A stretch of 63,895 nucleotides of DNA, counting the filler, from Lama guanicoe (lineage: Eukaryota): the NCBI GenBank assembly GCA_013239625.1. It is 187 parts of 187 records of this genome, joined end to end, with 100 filler letters (N's around TTAATTAATTAA, not from the genome) between each part and the next. Parts side by side here need not be neighbours in the genome. Positions count along the whole stretch, not along the records: positions 45,828 to 46,069 come from PNXV01046821.1; positions 46,170 to 46,411 come from PNXV01046822.1; positions 46,512 to 46,753 come from PNXV01046823.1; positions 46,854 to 47,095 come from PNXV01046824.1; positions 47,196 to 47,437 come from PNXV01046825.1; positions 47,538 to 47,779 come from PNXV01046826.1; positions 47,880 to 48,121 come from PNXV01046827.1; positions 48,222 to 48,464 come from PNXV01046828.1; 179 more parts are not named here. The stretch is one strand, 5' to 3'. Below are positions 45,728 through 59,765 of the stretch, in pieces. Below the pieces are notes generated by a model, which was given only the letters and a program-made list of their open reading frames with translations, searched no databases and was not told the DNA's origin. Position 1 is the first letter of the stretch; each line of letters starts with the position of its first letter. The position numbers and the translations under genes were made by a program.

Positions 45728-48700
45728 NNNNNNNNNNNNNNNNNNNNNNNNNNNNNNNNNNNNNNNNNNNNTTAATTAATTAANNNNNNNNNNNNNNNNN
45801 NNNNNNNNNNNNNNNNNNNNNNNNNNNCACATAGATAAACTTCAGTTATCCAGAAAGTTTCCTCAGTGGAACCTGTGGTTTTCCTTTGATGTCAGATCAC
45901 TACCGTCTTACTGTACTCTCGCTTAAATGGATTTTGTCTGCATCATTGTCGGGAGACAGATCTGTTTTCTCCGTTGTTAAGGACTTTACATGATTAGAAC
46001 AACGTCAGTGAGTGTGACACGCTTTAGCAGAAGGGAGAAAAGGAGTTAGAGGTCGGCATCCTTTGAGTCNNNNNNNNNNNNNNNNNNNNNNNNNNNNNNN
46101 NNNNNNNNNNNNNTTAATTAATTAANNNNNNNNNNNNNNNNNNNNNNNNNNNNNNNNNNNNNNNNNNNNAAAAAAAAAGATTAGCATGAGTTATAATTTG
46201 GTGAGAAATTTCCACTAAACTCTTCTTGATATTTTGAATATGGATAAATCAATTGTTTAATAATCAATTGGACAATTTTACTAGTTGACAGTGCCACGTC
46301 CTAGAGCTGTAATTTTTAGCGGCCTTTTTCCTCCTTTTGGAAAACTGTTGAGACCTTTACATTTGTTTTCTAGCACCTCTTTTCTGTTTCCTCTGATTAT
46401 AATTGCTGCATNNNNNNNNNNNNNNNNNNNNNNNNNNNNNNNNNNNNNNNNNNNNTTAATTAATTAANNNNNNNNNNNNNNNNNNNNNNNNNNNNNNNNN
46501 NNNNNNNNNNNTTCACAGGAAAAAAATCACAAACTTAATGTCTGAAAATATCTTGTCATCTTTGCCTACCATTAGTTAGTTATAAATAACTCAATGCTGA
46601 ACATACTGTGTGCAAACATCCTAAGGGGACCCACAGTGTGTCCTCTACCTTTGAATAAGGATGGATTCAATCTCAGCAGAAGATTCGTATGAGAGAGTCT
46701 CCTTCCAGCCTTGAAGAAGCAAACAGCCATGTTGTGCACTGCCCTTGGTGAGGNNNNNNNNNNNNNNNNNNNNNNNNNNNNNNNNNNNNNNNNNNNNTTA
46801 ATTAATTAANNNNNNNNNNNNNNNNNNNNNNNNNNNNNNNNNNNNNNNNNNNNGCTTCTCCTCCTCTGCCCAGAGCTGCGCTGGGCCACCGGCGCGGGTG
46901 ACGGGGGACCCGTGCCCCCGGGTGCTGGGAGAAGGTGGCCCGAGCCCACTGGGAGGGGACTGGCCCCTTCAACGGCCTTGGAGACCCGCCCCACCAGCCG
47001 CGCGCTGCAGCGAGTCCCTGTCTCGGGGCCCTGGGGGGCGTCTTGCGGGCCACCCCTCACCCACCCTCCCAGGCTGGCTGTGACTAAAGCACCAGNNNNN
47101 NNNNNNNNNNNNNNNNNNNNNNNNNNNNNNNNNNNNNNNTTAATTAATTAANNNNNNNNNNNNNNNNNNNNNNNNNNNNNNNNNNNNNNNNNNNNCCTTT
47201 ATGAAAAAAAGTGAAGATCCTATAAATTTAAGTTTTAATTGGAAGTAAACAAAATATGAGAACAGTCAAAAAGATTTTTGAAAACAGAAAAGTAATGAAT
47301 GGGACATACCTTAACAATCATGTACCAGAGTTTTGAATGTGCATAGTCTTTGCAGCAGCAGGTGTGAGTCTTCCCACAGAGGCCGGAACAGCGCCTCGCC
47401 GCCAGGGGCAGGGTGTGCAGCTCCCGGCGGGCTCTCCNNNNNNNNNNNNNNNNNNNNNNNNNNNNNNNNNNNNNNNNNNNNTTAATTAATTAANNNNNNN
47501 NNNNNNNNNNNNNNNNNNNNNNNNNNNNNNNNNNNNNGAAGCATACAAAATGATTTAGTGGTGTAGGGAAGGGTTTCTGCACATTACAGGAGAAGGCAAT
47601 GCAGAATTACTTTCTTTTCTGTAGTGGTTTCTGAGAACAGTTTATTGTCATTAACCAACATTTACAAACGGTGGCACACATTGCATTTAAGAACTGGCAG
47701 GCTGCAAACTTGTGTATTGGACAGGTGGATTTCATAGGAAAGTGGTCAGGTGGATGGGAGAGAGATGGAGCCAAGGCCTNNNNNNNNNNNNNNNNNNNNN
47801 NNNNNNNNNNNNNNNNNNNNNNNTTAATTAATTAANNNNNNNNNNNNNNNNNNNNNNNNNNNNNNNNNNNNNNNNNNNNGCTGAATGAGGGAAAATAAGG
47901 CAGGTCTGAAAATGTATTTGAAATAGAGCCTCTCCTGTAGCTGTCCCCAGAGGCGATCATCATACATAGGCACTTTCCTCAGCTGCCAGGCCCTTTACAT
48001 CTGGTGACTTTCTTGAGTGTGTGTCTTTGGAGAATCATCTCCTAGCTGTGGGTGATGGAAGAAGGTTAATAGTGAGCCATATTGTGTTTCCTTAGCATCC
48101 TGGGACATGGGGTTACTTTGTNNNNNNNNNNNNNNNNNNNNNNNNNNNNNNNNNNNNNNNNNNNNTTAATTAATTAANNNNNNNNNNNNNNNNNNNNNNN
48201 NNNNNNNNNNNNNNNNNNNNNCATAAACATATACAGATATTCATGCATATGTATAGTATTCTCATACTTGGAAACTCCTCCCCAGTTACATACATCAACC
48301 ACAGAAAGCTAGAACAGCAAAGGTGGCATGCTAAATTCGGTCAGATGATTACCTGGATAGATGGCGCCGGGTGGCTCTCACTACTCAGTTACTTCCCCCT
48401 GCCTTTGCCACTCGGTCAGCTTAGCTAAGCCTGGTGGTAGAATACATCGCAGGGATGGTATATANNNNNNNNNNNNNNNNNNNNNNNNNNNNNNNNNNNN
48501 NNNNNNNNTTAATTAATTAANNNNNNNNNNNNNNNNNNNNNNNNNNNNNNNNNNNNNNNNNNNNCCACGTATGTTGTACATGTATACACATGCATATATT
48601 CTCACTTTTGTTTGATGTATTACTTTCAGTAATAAATGTTAGTGTTATCTGATAATTTGCATTTTTTCAAGCTTTTTAAATGTTTATACTACCTTTCACT

Positions 48701-50278
48701 AATATAGTCTTTTTATTGAGATATATTTGACATATAACCTTGTGTAAATGTCAAGTATACAATGCATTGATTTGATATTTACATACTGTAATATGATTAC
48801 TATTACNNNNNNNNNNNNNNNNNNNNNNNNNNNNNNNNNNNNNNNNNNNNTTAATTAATTAANNNNNNNNNNNNNNNNNNNNNNNNNNNNNNNNNNNNNN
48901 NNNNNNTTTGAATGTTAGGAATAGGTTGATATAAACAGTCTTGTATAAGTGTTTTTGGGGGGGAATGGAGTGGGGGAGGCATATATTTTCACTTCTTTTA
49001 GCAAGATTCCTAGGAGTAGAATTGGTGGGTCATACGGTAGAAGCTTTTTAACTTTTTTAAAAACTACCAACACATCTCCAAATTGTTATATTCTTGGATC
49101 AATATTAAGGCTCATTCAACAAATTTTTATTGAGGGCTAATAAAAGAGANNNNNNNNNNNNNNNNNNNNNNNNNNNNNNNNNNNNNNNNNNNNTTAATTA
49201 ATTAANNNNNNNNNNNNNNNNNNNNNNNNNNNNNNNNNNNNNNNNNNNNTAATTCTTCAGGCTATTATTTTAGAAAAATAGGCAACAGTAGTTTGTTTTA
49301 TTCTGGAACTCTAACCTGTGGAATTATCTATGCAGACAAGTTTTAGCAACTAAGATAGGATTGAAAGAGAGACTGTTCTCATATAATAGACTTTGGGGGC
49401 GGGGTAGTCACCAATACTGATGTGAAGGTTAATGAGGATGGCAGGAGGTGAATTTCACTTTGTGGACGACGTCAGCACAGTTAACTAGGAAANNNNNNNN
49501 NNNNNNNNNNNNNNNNNNNNNNNNNNNNNNNNNNNNTTAATTAATTAANNNNNNNNNNNNNNNNNNNNNNNNNNNNNNNNNNNNNNNNNNNNTATTGAAA
49601 TAAAATTTCATTTTAATTGCCATACTAAATGTAGTTAAATAAAAATGAATCCATGTATATTTTTTCAGTCTTTGATGGAATATTCCTTTACTGTTACCAG
49701 AAAATGATGGTATAAACACAAAGCAGCAATATTAATTAGTCATTTTTAAAGAATCATTTCATAATGAAACCTTGTGATTAACAAAAAAATTATATATCTA
49801 ATTGGAATTTTAAATGATAAAGCTCTATGCTATATNNNNNNNNNNNNNNNNNNNNNNNNNNNNNNNNNNNNNNNNNNNNTTAATTAATTAANNNNNNNNN
49901 NNNNNNNNNNNNNNNNNNNNNNNNNNNNNNNNNNNGTTTTCAACTCAAAAAATGGGCCTTTCTTACACTCAAAATCTGTCCTCTCTTCTTCAGCGAGGTC
50001 TGCGGGCACACCATGTATGTGAAGCCTGGGACACGGACATCAAGGATAAACACTCTCCACCGCCAGCAGATGGAGGCGCTTTGCAGTGTCCTGATCACCT
50101 GCACACAAAACTGGCTCCTAACCCTCCCAATACAGGCATGGGGATTCAAACAAGCAGCCTCTTTTTGTGACACTTGTGNNNNNNNNNNNNNNNNNNNNNN
50201 NNNNNNNNNNNNNNNNNNNNNNTTAATTAATTAANNNNNNNNNNNNNNNNNNNNNNNNNNNNNNNNNNNNNNNNNNNN

Positions 50279-50521
50279 ATTAAGAAGTACAGACTTCCTG
50301 TTAGAAAATAAATGAGTCATGGGTGCTAAATGTACAGTGTGGGGATATGGTCAAAAACTAAGTAATATCTTTGTATGGTGACAAATCGTTACTAGACTTA
50401 CTGTGGTGATCAGTTTGAAATGTATAGAAATATTGAATCATTATAGTGTGTAACAGGGACTAACATAGTTTCGTAGGTCAATTTTATTTCAAAAACAAAC
50501 AAAAAACTCATTAAAAAAAGA
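50279..50521 (+). mobile_element. L1 3' end (L1MA9-like) with A-rich tail
   Basis: gtacagacttcctgttagaaaataaatgagtcatggg...ctttgtatggtgaca...actagacttactgtggtgatca.tttgaaatgtatagaaatattgaatca. Confidence 0.88.
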
Positions 50522-51307
50522 NNNNNNNNNNNNNNNNNNNNNNNNNNNNNNNNNNNNNNNNNNNNTTAATTAATTAANNNNNNNNNNNNNNNNNNNNNNN
50601 NNNNNNNNNNNNNNNNNNNNNGTGATTGATGTAAAAATTAAATGAGATAATGTAATATGGTGCTTGGTACTTAAAAAGCATTAAATAAATGTTAGTTTTT
50701 ATTATGAACAAGAAAGAAAAAACTCATACATGGGTTCCGAATAATTTGATATTCCACCATTAGATAGTAATTCATTGCCTTTCCCAGCTGTCTTTTATTA
50801 AATGAAAGTTCACCATGGGAAAGGTAAACTATTCCAATCACTAGCACTATTGTGTGGAGTCCTTNNNNNNNNNNNNNNNNNNNNNNNNNNNNNNNNNNNN
50901 NNNNNNNNTTAATTAATTAANNNNNNNNNNNNNNNNNNNNNNNNNNNNNNNNNNNNNNNNNNNNCTCCCCATGGCCCTCGAGGCCCTGGCCAGATCCAGC
51001 CCCGGCCCCACCCCACCCATCTCTCAGGAAGCTCCTGCTGCGCCCCACTTGAGCTCCTGGAGTTTCCCCAGCTCTTTCCAACCTGGGGCCCCTGCAGCTA
51101 CCAGTCCCTCTGCCTGGGCTCTCCTCCTGGGTCTCTCTGCCTCCCCTTTTCCTTTCCTTGTTTCCTTTTCTCACAGCGCTTAGCACATCTGCAGTCAGAC
51201 TGAGGACNNNNNNNNNNNNNNNNNNNNNNNNNNNNNNNNNNNNNNNNNNNNTTAATTAATTAANNNNNNNNNNNNNNNNNNNNNNNNNNNNNNNNNNNNN
51301 NNNNNNN

Positions 51308-51549
51308 TGAAGTAAGCCAGAAAGAAAGAAAAATACCATATGATATCACTCATATACGGAATCTTGAAAAAAAAAAAGACAAATGAACTTATATATAAAA
51401 CAGAAGCAGATTCACAGACATAGAACACAGATTTGTGGTTGCCAGGGGGGAGGCAGGTGGGAGGGGATAATCTGGGAGTTCAAGATTTACAGATACTGAA
51501 TGGTATATATAAAATAGATAAACAAGTTTATACTGTATGGAACAGAGAA
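51308..51549 (+). mobile_element. L1 3' UTR (artiodactyl-type)
   Basis: tgaagtaagccagaaag...aaataccatatgatatcactcata...gacaaatgaacttat.tataaaacagaa..agattcacagacataga...gtggttgccagggg. Confidence 0.92.
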
Positions 51550-52847
51550 NNNNNNNNNNNNNNNNNNNNNNNNNNNNNNNNNNNNNNNNNNNNTTAATTA
51601 ATTAANNNNNNNNNNNNNNNNNNNNNNNNNNNNNNNNNNNNNNNNNNNNAAAGGATGTTAGTATAAGAATGAGGGATGCCATTGGACTTCTTCTAAGCCA
51701 ACCAACTGCTTTTTAGCTTATGGGAATTCATGGCTCTTTCCTTGGGACCTGCTAAACCCGTGTGTATTCATGTGACCCACAGAACCTCAAATCCATGAGG
51801 AAAAGACATGCTGGCTAGGCCTTCTGCAGATTGATCTGCAAGCTGCCTATGTGGGGCATCCTTCCAAATAACTACCAGAGTTAATGACAGGTNNNNNNNN
51901 NNNNNNNNNNNNNNNNNNNNNNNNNNNNNNNNNNNNTTAATTAATTAANNNNNNNNNNNNNNNNNNNNNNNNNNNNNNNNNNNNNNNNNNNNAGCGCTTG
52001 TCTGTGTGTGGGAAGGTGCAAGGTCTGGGCCACTGAAGTCCTCCTCTGATCCGCCCCCGCGCTGCCCAGGGCCAGCGTCCTGTGCCTTCCCACCCTGAGT
52101 CCCCCAGGGGGCGCCGAGGGGGGCTGCAGGGGCCGGGCTGCCTGCTCGTCTGCGTCCTGGGCTCCCTCCCGCTCACTGGGGCGGCAGGAGCGGCTGACGA
52201 CTTGATGGCCGCAGCATCCTTTGTTTACCGACACGNNNNNNNNNNNNNNNNNNNNNNNNNNNNNNNNNNNNNNNNNNNNTTAATTAATTAANNNNNNNNN
52301 NNNNNNNNNNNNNNNNNNNNNNNNNNNNNNNNNNNTCAGTGGTTCCCTAAAGAACTGACATTACCATTAGTCCTCAAGTGCAAACTCAAAATGGTGTAAG
52401 AAGTGTTCTAGCCATTACATGCAAAGTTAAGGGGAAAGACAGAGGCATTAAACAAAATGTGTAATTAGAACTTAAGTTTGGTAGTTTTTTTAAATTGTAT
52501 TTCCTCATGGGTTTATCCACATTACTTATATTGTCTAATACAAAGGGAAAAATAGAAAATGAAAAGCTGAATAACTAANNNNNNNNNNNNNNNNNNNNNN
52601 NNNNNNNNNNNNNNNNNNNNNNTTAATTAATTAANNNNNNNNNNNNNNNNNNNNNNNNNNNNNNNNNNNNNNNNNNNNCCCCCCAGCGCCTCCCAGTCAG
52701 CAGCAGAACTGGGGAAGGCCTGCCCCGAGACTCTCGATTCATCTTCGTAACAGGCCATCTCTCTGCCTCAGCCTTGGCCCTCGAGCTTGCAGCCACAGGA
52801 GCAGCCTGCTTCTGCTGGTCCTGAGCTCCTCTCTTCTCTCTCTCCAG

Positions 52848-52921
52848 GCTGGTCCGGGAGTTCATGGCCCAGAACAACACCGTGCAAATCAAACATGTGA
52901 TCCAGACCCTGTCTCAGGAGT
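52848..52921 (+). CDS. VAC14: VAC14 exon 2, 5' part
   Basis: Strong acceptor ctcttctctctctccag| then (K)LVREFMAQNNTVQIKHVIQTLSQE(F), versus human VAC14 KLVREFVAQNNTVQIKHVIQTLSQEF. Confidence 0.92.
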
Positions 52922-54392
52922 NNNNNNNNNNNNNNNNNNNNNNNNNNNNNNNNNNNNNNNNNNNNTTAATTAATTAANNNNNNNNNNNNNNNNNNNNNNN
53001 NNNNNNNNNNNNNNNNNNNNNAAAGCTCTATGTACTGAATAAACCTATATACATGTCCTTGAATCTACTTCTCAAAGTAACCACTCTATTGAAATATGTT
53101 TAAAAGAGGAAAAAGATAATGTCATATTTCACCATAAAACTGCCTTTTTGAGTAAAAACAGGGCTAGGAACTATGGACACAATCTAAAGGTATAGGCCCA
53201 AAGTGGAGAGCTGACAAAATCTGACAGGTAAAGGGAACTTGCTTTTCTTCCCTTCACCCACCAANNNNNNNNNNNNNNNNNNNNNNNNNNNNNNNNNNNN
53301 NNNNNNNNTTAATTAATTAANNNNNNNNNNNNNNNNNNNNNNNNNNNNNNNNNNNNNNNNNNNNGCTGCTGCGGTGTCTCCTAGTTATTTGTTTCTGTAA
53401 ATACTCGTGTATTTTCTTCAATGTGTGTTACCAGATATCTGAAAATGCTTTTTTTTAGATGAAAAATAATGTGTATTTAATCTAATAAGTCTGAAAAAGG
53501 GACAAAAGATGCTATCCTGGTCCCACTACTCAGAGATAATAATTAACACTTTAACACCTATTTTCTGTTATTTTCGTCAGTGTGTATCAGCTCTGTCATA
53601 AAAACCNNNNNNNNNNNNNNNNNNNNNNNNNNNNNNNNNNNNNNNNNNNNTTAATTAATTAANNNNNNNNNNNNNNNNNNNNNNNNNNNNNNNNNNNNNN
53701 NNNNNNAAACATTGTCCCCTATTTTATGATTAAACAAGTTATAAATTAATATTTGTTTGTTTAGACTAGAAAAACAATCTTAAGCATATAGAGTAAGCAG
53801 TGGTATTTCTTAGATTTGTCCCCGATGAGTTCTCAATCGCTTTTAAAACTTAAGTGAGCACGTTTAACTGTTTCAATTCATTTATATACATATTCATAAT
53901 AAAATACTATAAAAACATAAATGAGGTCACACATATGTAAACTACTGTGNNNNNNNNNNNNNNNNNNNNNNNNNNNNNNNNNNNNNNNNNNNNTTAATTA
54001 ATTAANNNNNNNNNNNNNNNNNNNNNNNNNNNNNNNNNNNNNNNNNNNNTCAGCGTGTGCTGAACTCATCTTGGACTTCCCTTTGCTCTCAGCCTTGATC
54101 TCTGGAAATACCCTCCCACTCTCCTTCACATCTGCAAATCTCAGCCATTCGCTATAGTCACATAATCCTCAGAACAGGACAAGCAGCCATCGCCCTTTGC
54201 ATGTAACTCTAAATGTTTGCCCACCAGTTTTATCCCTCCAGCCGGATTGTAAGCGTTTCGTCCCTGTAAGTTTATATAAGGCATCTTACTAANNNNNNNN
54301 NNNNNNNNNNNNNNNNNNNNNNNNNNNNNNNNNNNNTTAATTAATTAANNNNNNNNNNNNNNNNNNNNNNNNNNNNNNNNNNNNNNNNNNNN

Positions 54393-54515
54393 GAAAAGGA
54401 ATAGATATGTATAACTGAACCACTCTGCGGTACACCAGAAACTAACACAACATTGTAAAATGACTATACTTCATTTTTTTTAAATTTTAAAAATTAAAGG
54501 ATAAAAGAAAAAAAT
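54393..54515 (+). mobile_element. L1 3' terminus with tail
   Basis: atgtataactgaaccactctgcggtacaccagaaactaacacaacattgtaaaatgactatacttca. Confidence 0.88.
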
Positions 54516-57500
54516 TTAATGTTCCTATAAAGAAAGCCAATTTCTAATATTGGAGATAGAAATGAAGACTCTGACAAAGTAATAATTCTCAGACTGAAAG
54601 CAAAAGGTTTGCTTGAACGTGGAAGTGGAATATCNNNNNNNNNNNNNNNNNNNNNNNNNNNNNNNNNNNNNNNNNNNNTTAATTAATTAANNNNNNNNNN
54701 NNNNNNNNNNNNNNNNNNNNNNNNNNNNNNNNNNTTAGTTTAAGAACCTCTGACCAGCTCTTGTAGCTCTGGCTGCTGTCTGTGTCTTTGGACAGCCTTT
54801 TATGTATTTGCAGAGTAGTCCCATCTGCCTTACACCCATAGGCTTATACTATTAAATACATCGTTGCAATTTTGCTTTACCCCACACTGGAAAAATCCCA
54901 TGAACTTGGCACCTCCTTTCTCTATAGCACTTTTTAGTCCTCATCAAAAGAAAGGCGTAAAAATATAGAAGAGTCCGNNNNNNNNNNNNNNNNNNNNNNN
55001 NNNNNNNNNNNNNNNNNNNNNTTAATTAATTAANNNNNNNNNNNNNNNNNNNNNNNNNNNNNNNNNNNNNNNNNNNNATATATATACATATATATATAAA
55101 ACATGTCAATAATTTATAACTCACCAAATCTGCTCCCAGCGTACATCCTGGAGACATTCTCATATACGTGCAAGTGTAGCTTTCTTAATGCAGGGAGTAA
55201 AATTCTAAAGGAAATTTTTCAGAAAGCAGAATTATGCTTGTCTTCTTGTCCCTTTCATTTGGTCTTCTGGGCTGGCTCATTCCCTGCCCTACGATGAAGA
55301 TAACCCCATAAATTTCTGATNNNNNNNNNNNNNNNNNNNNNNNNNNNNNNNNNNNNNNNNNNNNTTAATTAATTAANNNNNNNNNNNNNNNNNNNNNNNN
55401 NNNNNNNNNNNNNNNNNNNNCTTTCTAAGGTTTCTAAATTCCAGCTAAGGTTTAAACTTGAAGCTTGGAGTCTTTCCACTGCATGATGCACCACCAAAAC
55501 CAGAGCTCCATGCCAGCAAGTGGGTGCAGGGGCTGGTACCCCGTAGAGGGTGTTGCACCCCTCTGCACACAGAAACCTCCAGAGTAGGGGACGTTCTAGC
55601 CTTGGTGGCGATGACCCCAGCCAAATGTGCATGCCGGTGTTGGACGGGGCGGGGAGCGGGGTGNNNNNNNNNNNNNNNNNNNNNNNNNNNNNNNNNNNNN
55701 NNNNNNNTTAATTAATTAANNNNNNNNNNNNNNNNNNNNNNNNNNNNNNNNNNNNNNNNNNNNTGACCATCTTTGCCTTTTGACTGGCATGTTTAGATCT
55801 GACACAAGTTTTGCTCAAGCACCTGGAGCCAATGAGTTTGTGAGCAGATGGGGGAGGGGTACATGTAAGGTTTGGGCCATTTTCAAGTTTTTCCCAAGCT
55901 TTTCCTCTCCACCTGGCCTTTTCACTTTCTTCTGTGTCTTATAAATAACCTCATGGTCGGCCAGTAGTGTGTGGCTAACTCGGGCTCTCTTCAGTCTGCT
56001 GTGCATNNNNNNNNNNNNNNNNNNNNNNNNNNNNNNNNNNNNNNNNNNNNTTAATTAATTAANNNNNNNNNNNNNNNNNNNNNNNNNNNNNNNNNNNNNN
56101 NNNNNNACTATTCTCTTAGAAGCAGATTCTGCAATGCTTTCAAGAATTAAGGAGGCACTACACGGAACAGCCACATTCATATTCAGCCTAAACCAGGAAA
56201 GTAGGGATCTGCCAAAGAAAATAAATCCTCAGTCACGAACTTCTCCTGGAGGTCTTTTCTAACGTGATGACACAAATTCAAGGGAATTGACCTATGAGGC
56301 GTCTGTTTGTGAATAGTCAAAAGTTCAGTTAGATAATTTAAGAGGCCTTNNNNNNNNNNNNNNNNNNNNNNNNNNNNNNNNNNNNNNNNNNNNTTAATTA
56401 ATTAANNNNNNNNNNNNNNNNNNNNNNNNNNNNNNNNNNNNNNNNNNNNGTCACTTCATTGACGTACCATTTTTGCTGACTCAAAGACATCACTTAAAAC
56501 AATTCTCCCCTCCTACCTCACCAATTTTTCCTTACTGAAAAGATTGCTGTTATTTGTCCCATCCCGTAATTTAAAAAAAAATCATTCTTTTGACCCACTT
56601 TTCCAGTTACTACCCTTTTTCTCTCTCTTTTTTTTTCTGGTGGAAAAATATCTATAATCCCAGCCCCTAAATTCCTCCTCCCCCATCTTCTCNNNNNNNN
56701 NNNNNNNNNNNNNNNNNNNNNNNNNNNNNNNNNNNNTTAATTAATTAANNNNNNNNNNNNNNNNNNNNNNNNNNNNNNNNNNNNNNNNNNNNTGTGAATT
56801 AGACCACCGGTCTCTCTTAGCAGGATACCACTCCATCTGGAGGGCAGTATCCTAGAGTCACACATTTCCCCTCCTGACCTCAGGCACAGCAGAAAACGGC
56901 GGGAGGCAGGGGCCCAAATAATCAACCAACTACACGCACCCCACTGGGCCTGGTTTTATACGTCCAGTTTATTTGAACTTTGAGAGTAATTAACCCCATT
57001 AGTGAACTACTTTATATGTGAAGCAGTCCCTCCTTNNNNNNNNNNNNNNNNNNNNNNNNNNNNNNNNNNNNNNNNNNNNTTAATTAATTAANNNNNNNNN
57101 NNNNNNNNNNNNNNNNNNNNNNNNNNNNNNNNNNNTGAACTCGTACCCAGTGTATGAACTGTGCATAGGAAATGCGACTGACTCGTATACAGACCGTATT
57201 TCAGAGGAGGCACAGCAAAGCAAAACAGAAGGGTGCCTTCTACAGGAAATCCAGTCTGCTCATTCCTCCTAGAGAGTCAAGACTTGTCCAGCAGGGCAAG
57301 TCCTTCTCGTGAAGCGATGACCTTCTCTCGCTTTTATTTTTTGGAAATGAAGTTGCTGCCATTTGCTAATGAGGCAGANNNNNNNNNNNNNNNNNNNNNN
57401 NNNNNNNNNNNNNNNNNNNNNNTTAATTAATTAANNNNNNNNNNNNNNNNNNNNNNNNNNNNNNNNNNNNNNNNNNNNTGTTACCAAAATTCAAAGGCAA

Positions 57501-59574
57501 TTGAAGCACTGAATTGCAGACTGGATACAGCAGAAAACTTAGTGATGGAAACAGTTGTACTAAAATGGTTAGATTAATGGAAGAAAAAGTCCAAGGCAGA
57601 GACGTGATAGAAAAATAAACATTTTAAGGCTGTATATAGATTTAGCACCATATATGATAAAAGTAACACTTCAAATTACTGGTGGACAATACATGTGGTC
57701 ATTTCCAATGGCTGCAAATTGNNNNNNNNNNNNNNNNNNNNNNNNNNNNNNNNNNNNNNNNNNNNTTAATTAATTAANNNNNNNNNNNNNNNNNNNNNNN
57801 NNNNNNNNNNNNNNNNNNNNNGTCCTCCATCTAGGCAACAAGAGATCCACCCTCCCTATTCCCCACAGAGGGCTTTGGCAATGGGGAGCCTCTCCTTGGG
57901 CCACCATGAAACAGCCCCCTCCTTCAGACCCTCAGACCGAGAGGAAGAGGGCAGGACGGGATGTGGCAGGATGTGGGAGGTGACAGCCAGGCTGGTGCCT
58001 GTGCCAACTGACCAGCAGACCATCTGCTGCTGATATTCCCGTGGTGACAGGGCCAGGCTGGCTGNNNNNNNNNNNNNNNNNNNNNNNNNNNNNNNNNNNN
58101 NNNNNNNNTTAATTAATTAANNNNNNNNNNNNNNNNNNNNNNNNNNNNNNNNNNNNNNNNNNNNTGATTCATATAAAGTATCTGGCTCAGTGTCAGGCTC
58201 ACACTGTGAACTCCATAAATGCTAGCCAGGTATTATGATGAATACTATCTGGAACTGCATATAGACAGGACCCCGGACAGAAAAAGAGAAAAAATAGAAG
58301 GAGTTATCAGTTTAGGAGAAAAAAAAAAAAAAGATGATGGGTTCAATTTTGGAAATTTCAGACAACTAGGGAAGAAGACATGCACGTGGAAATGTGAGAC
58401 AGTACAGNNNNNNNNNNNNNNNNNNNNNNNNNNNNNNNNNNNNNNNNNNNNTTAATTAATTAANNNNNNNNNNNNNNNNNNNNNNNNNNNNNNNNNNNNN
58501 NNNNNNNTTAAGAGGAGGAACAGTCTTGTGCTCTGGTGGCAGCCAGAGGGTTGCGGCCAAAATTCCGTCAGTGCCCCAACCTGCAGTCTGTTCCCTGACC
58601 AGAAGTGGGACATGATCATGTTGATGGGAACCCTAGGGAAGCCATCCCAAAATTAAGGAAATCCAGGCTCTCAGTCACAGCACCAGTCTTACTGGGAGAG
58701 CAGAGCTGAAACACATAAAGGTGCAGACTTTGAACAAAAATGGTGACCAANNNNNNNNNNNNNNNNNNNNNNNNNNNNNNNNNNNNNNNNNNNNTTAATT
58801 AATTAANNNNNNNNNNNNNNNNNNNNNNNNNNNNNNNNNNNNNNNNNNNNTAAATCTCACAGCTAGACTATGGCTAAGAGAAAGGAAGACTAGGGCTGTC
58901 CCCAGCAGAGGGAACATGGGCGAAGGCCCAGCGGTGCGGGTGAGAGACACTGCGCAGTGTAAAATAGAGCGTAAGGGCCTTGGGTCACAGGCATCAGCTC
59001 TAGTTTTGATTCTGGACCACTTTCTAGCTATGTGGTTATTTTACCTCTGTAATTTATTCTTTCAGGCATACATTTGTATTTAGAAATACTGGANNNNNNN
59101 NNNNNNNNNNNNNNNNNNNNNNNNNNNNNNNNNNNNNTTAATTAATTAANNNNNNNNNNNNNNNNNNNNNNNNNNNNNNNNNNNNNNNNNNNNAAATTTA
59201 AAAATTCACTCCTAAAATACTGTCCTTTCATCCCAAGCCCAGCCAGAAAGAAGAGAACAGGCTATGGGTTTGAGAGTCTGTAGAGATCAGGCTTGCCTGG
59301 TCCACTTCCCTCCAGGGATTTGAGACACTTGCACATCTTTCAGTGAAGGCTAGAGCATACTTCAATATACCTTGTTTGATTACACTTGAGTTGGAGACCA
59401 CATTTCTGGTGTACAGCCTAATGATTCAGTCATACANNNNNNNNNNNNNNNNNNNNNNNNNNNNNNNNNNNNNNNNNNNNTTAATTAATTAANNNNNNNN
59501 NNNNNNNNNNNNNNNNNNNNNNNNNNNNNNNNNNNNAGCTTTTTAAACTTATGTAGTTATCAAAGGAATAAAGC

Positions 59575-59765
59575 CAACCACAAAACAAGAATTAATTTGA
59601 AAAGATACATACACCCCGCTATTAACAGCAGTATTACTTATAATTGCCAAGATATGGAAGCATCCTAGGTGCACATCAACAGATGAACAGATAAAGAATT
59701 TGCAGCATACGTATTTAGTGAAATACAACTCACCCATAAGAAAGAAGTGTATTTTGCCTTTTGTG
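59575..59765 (+). mobile_element. L1 ORF2 C-terminal fragment
   Basis: ttaatttgaaaagatacatacaccccgctattaacagcagtattacttataattgccaagatatggaagca.cctag.tg..catcaacagatgaa.agataaagaa. Confidence 0.9.
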
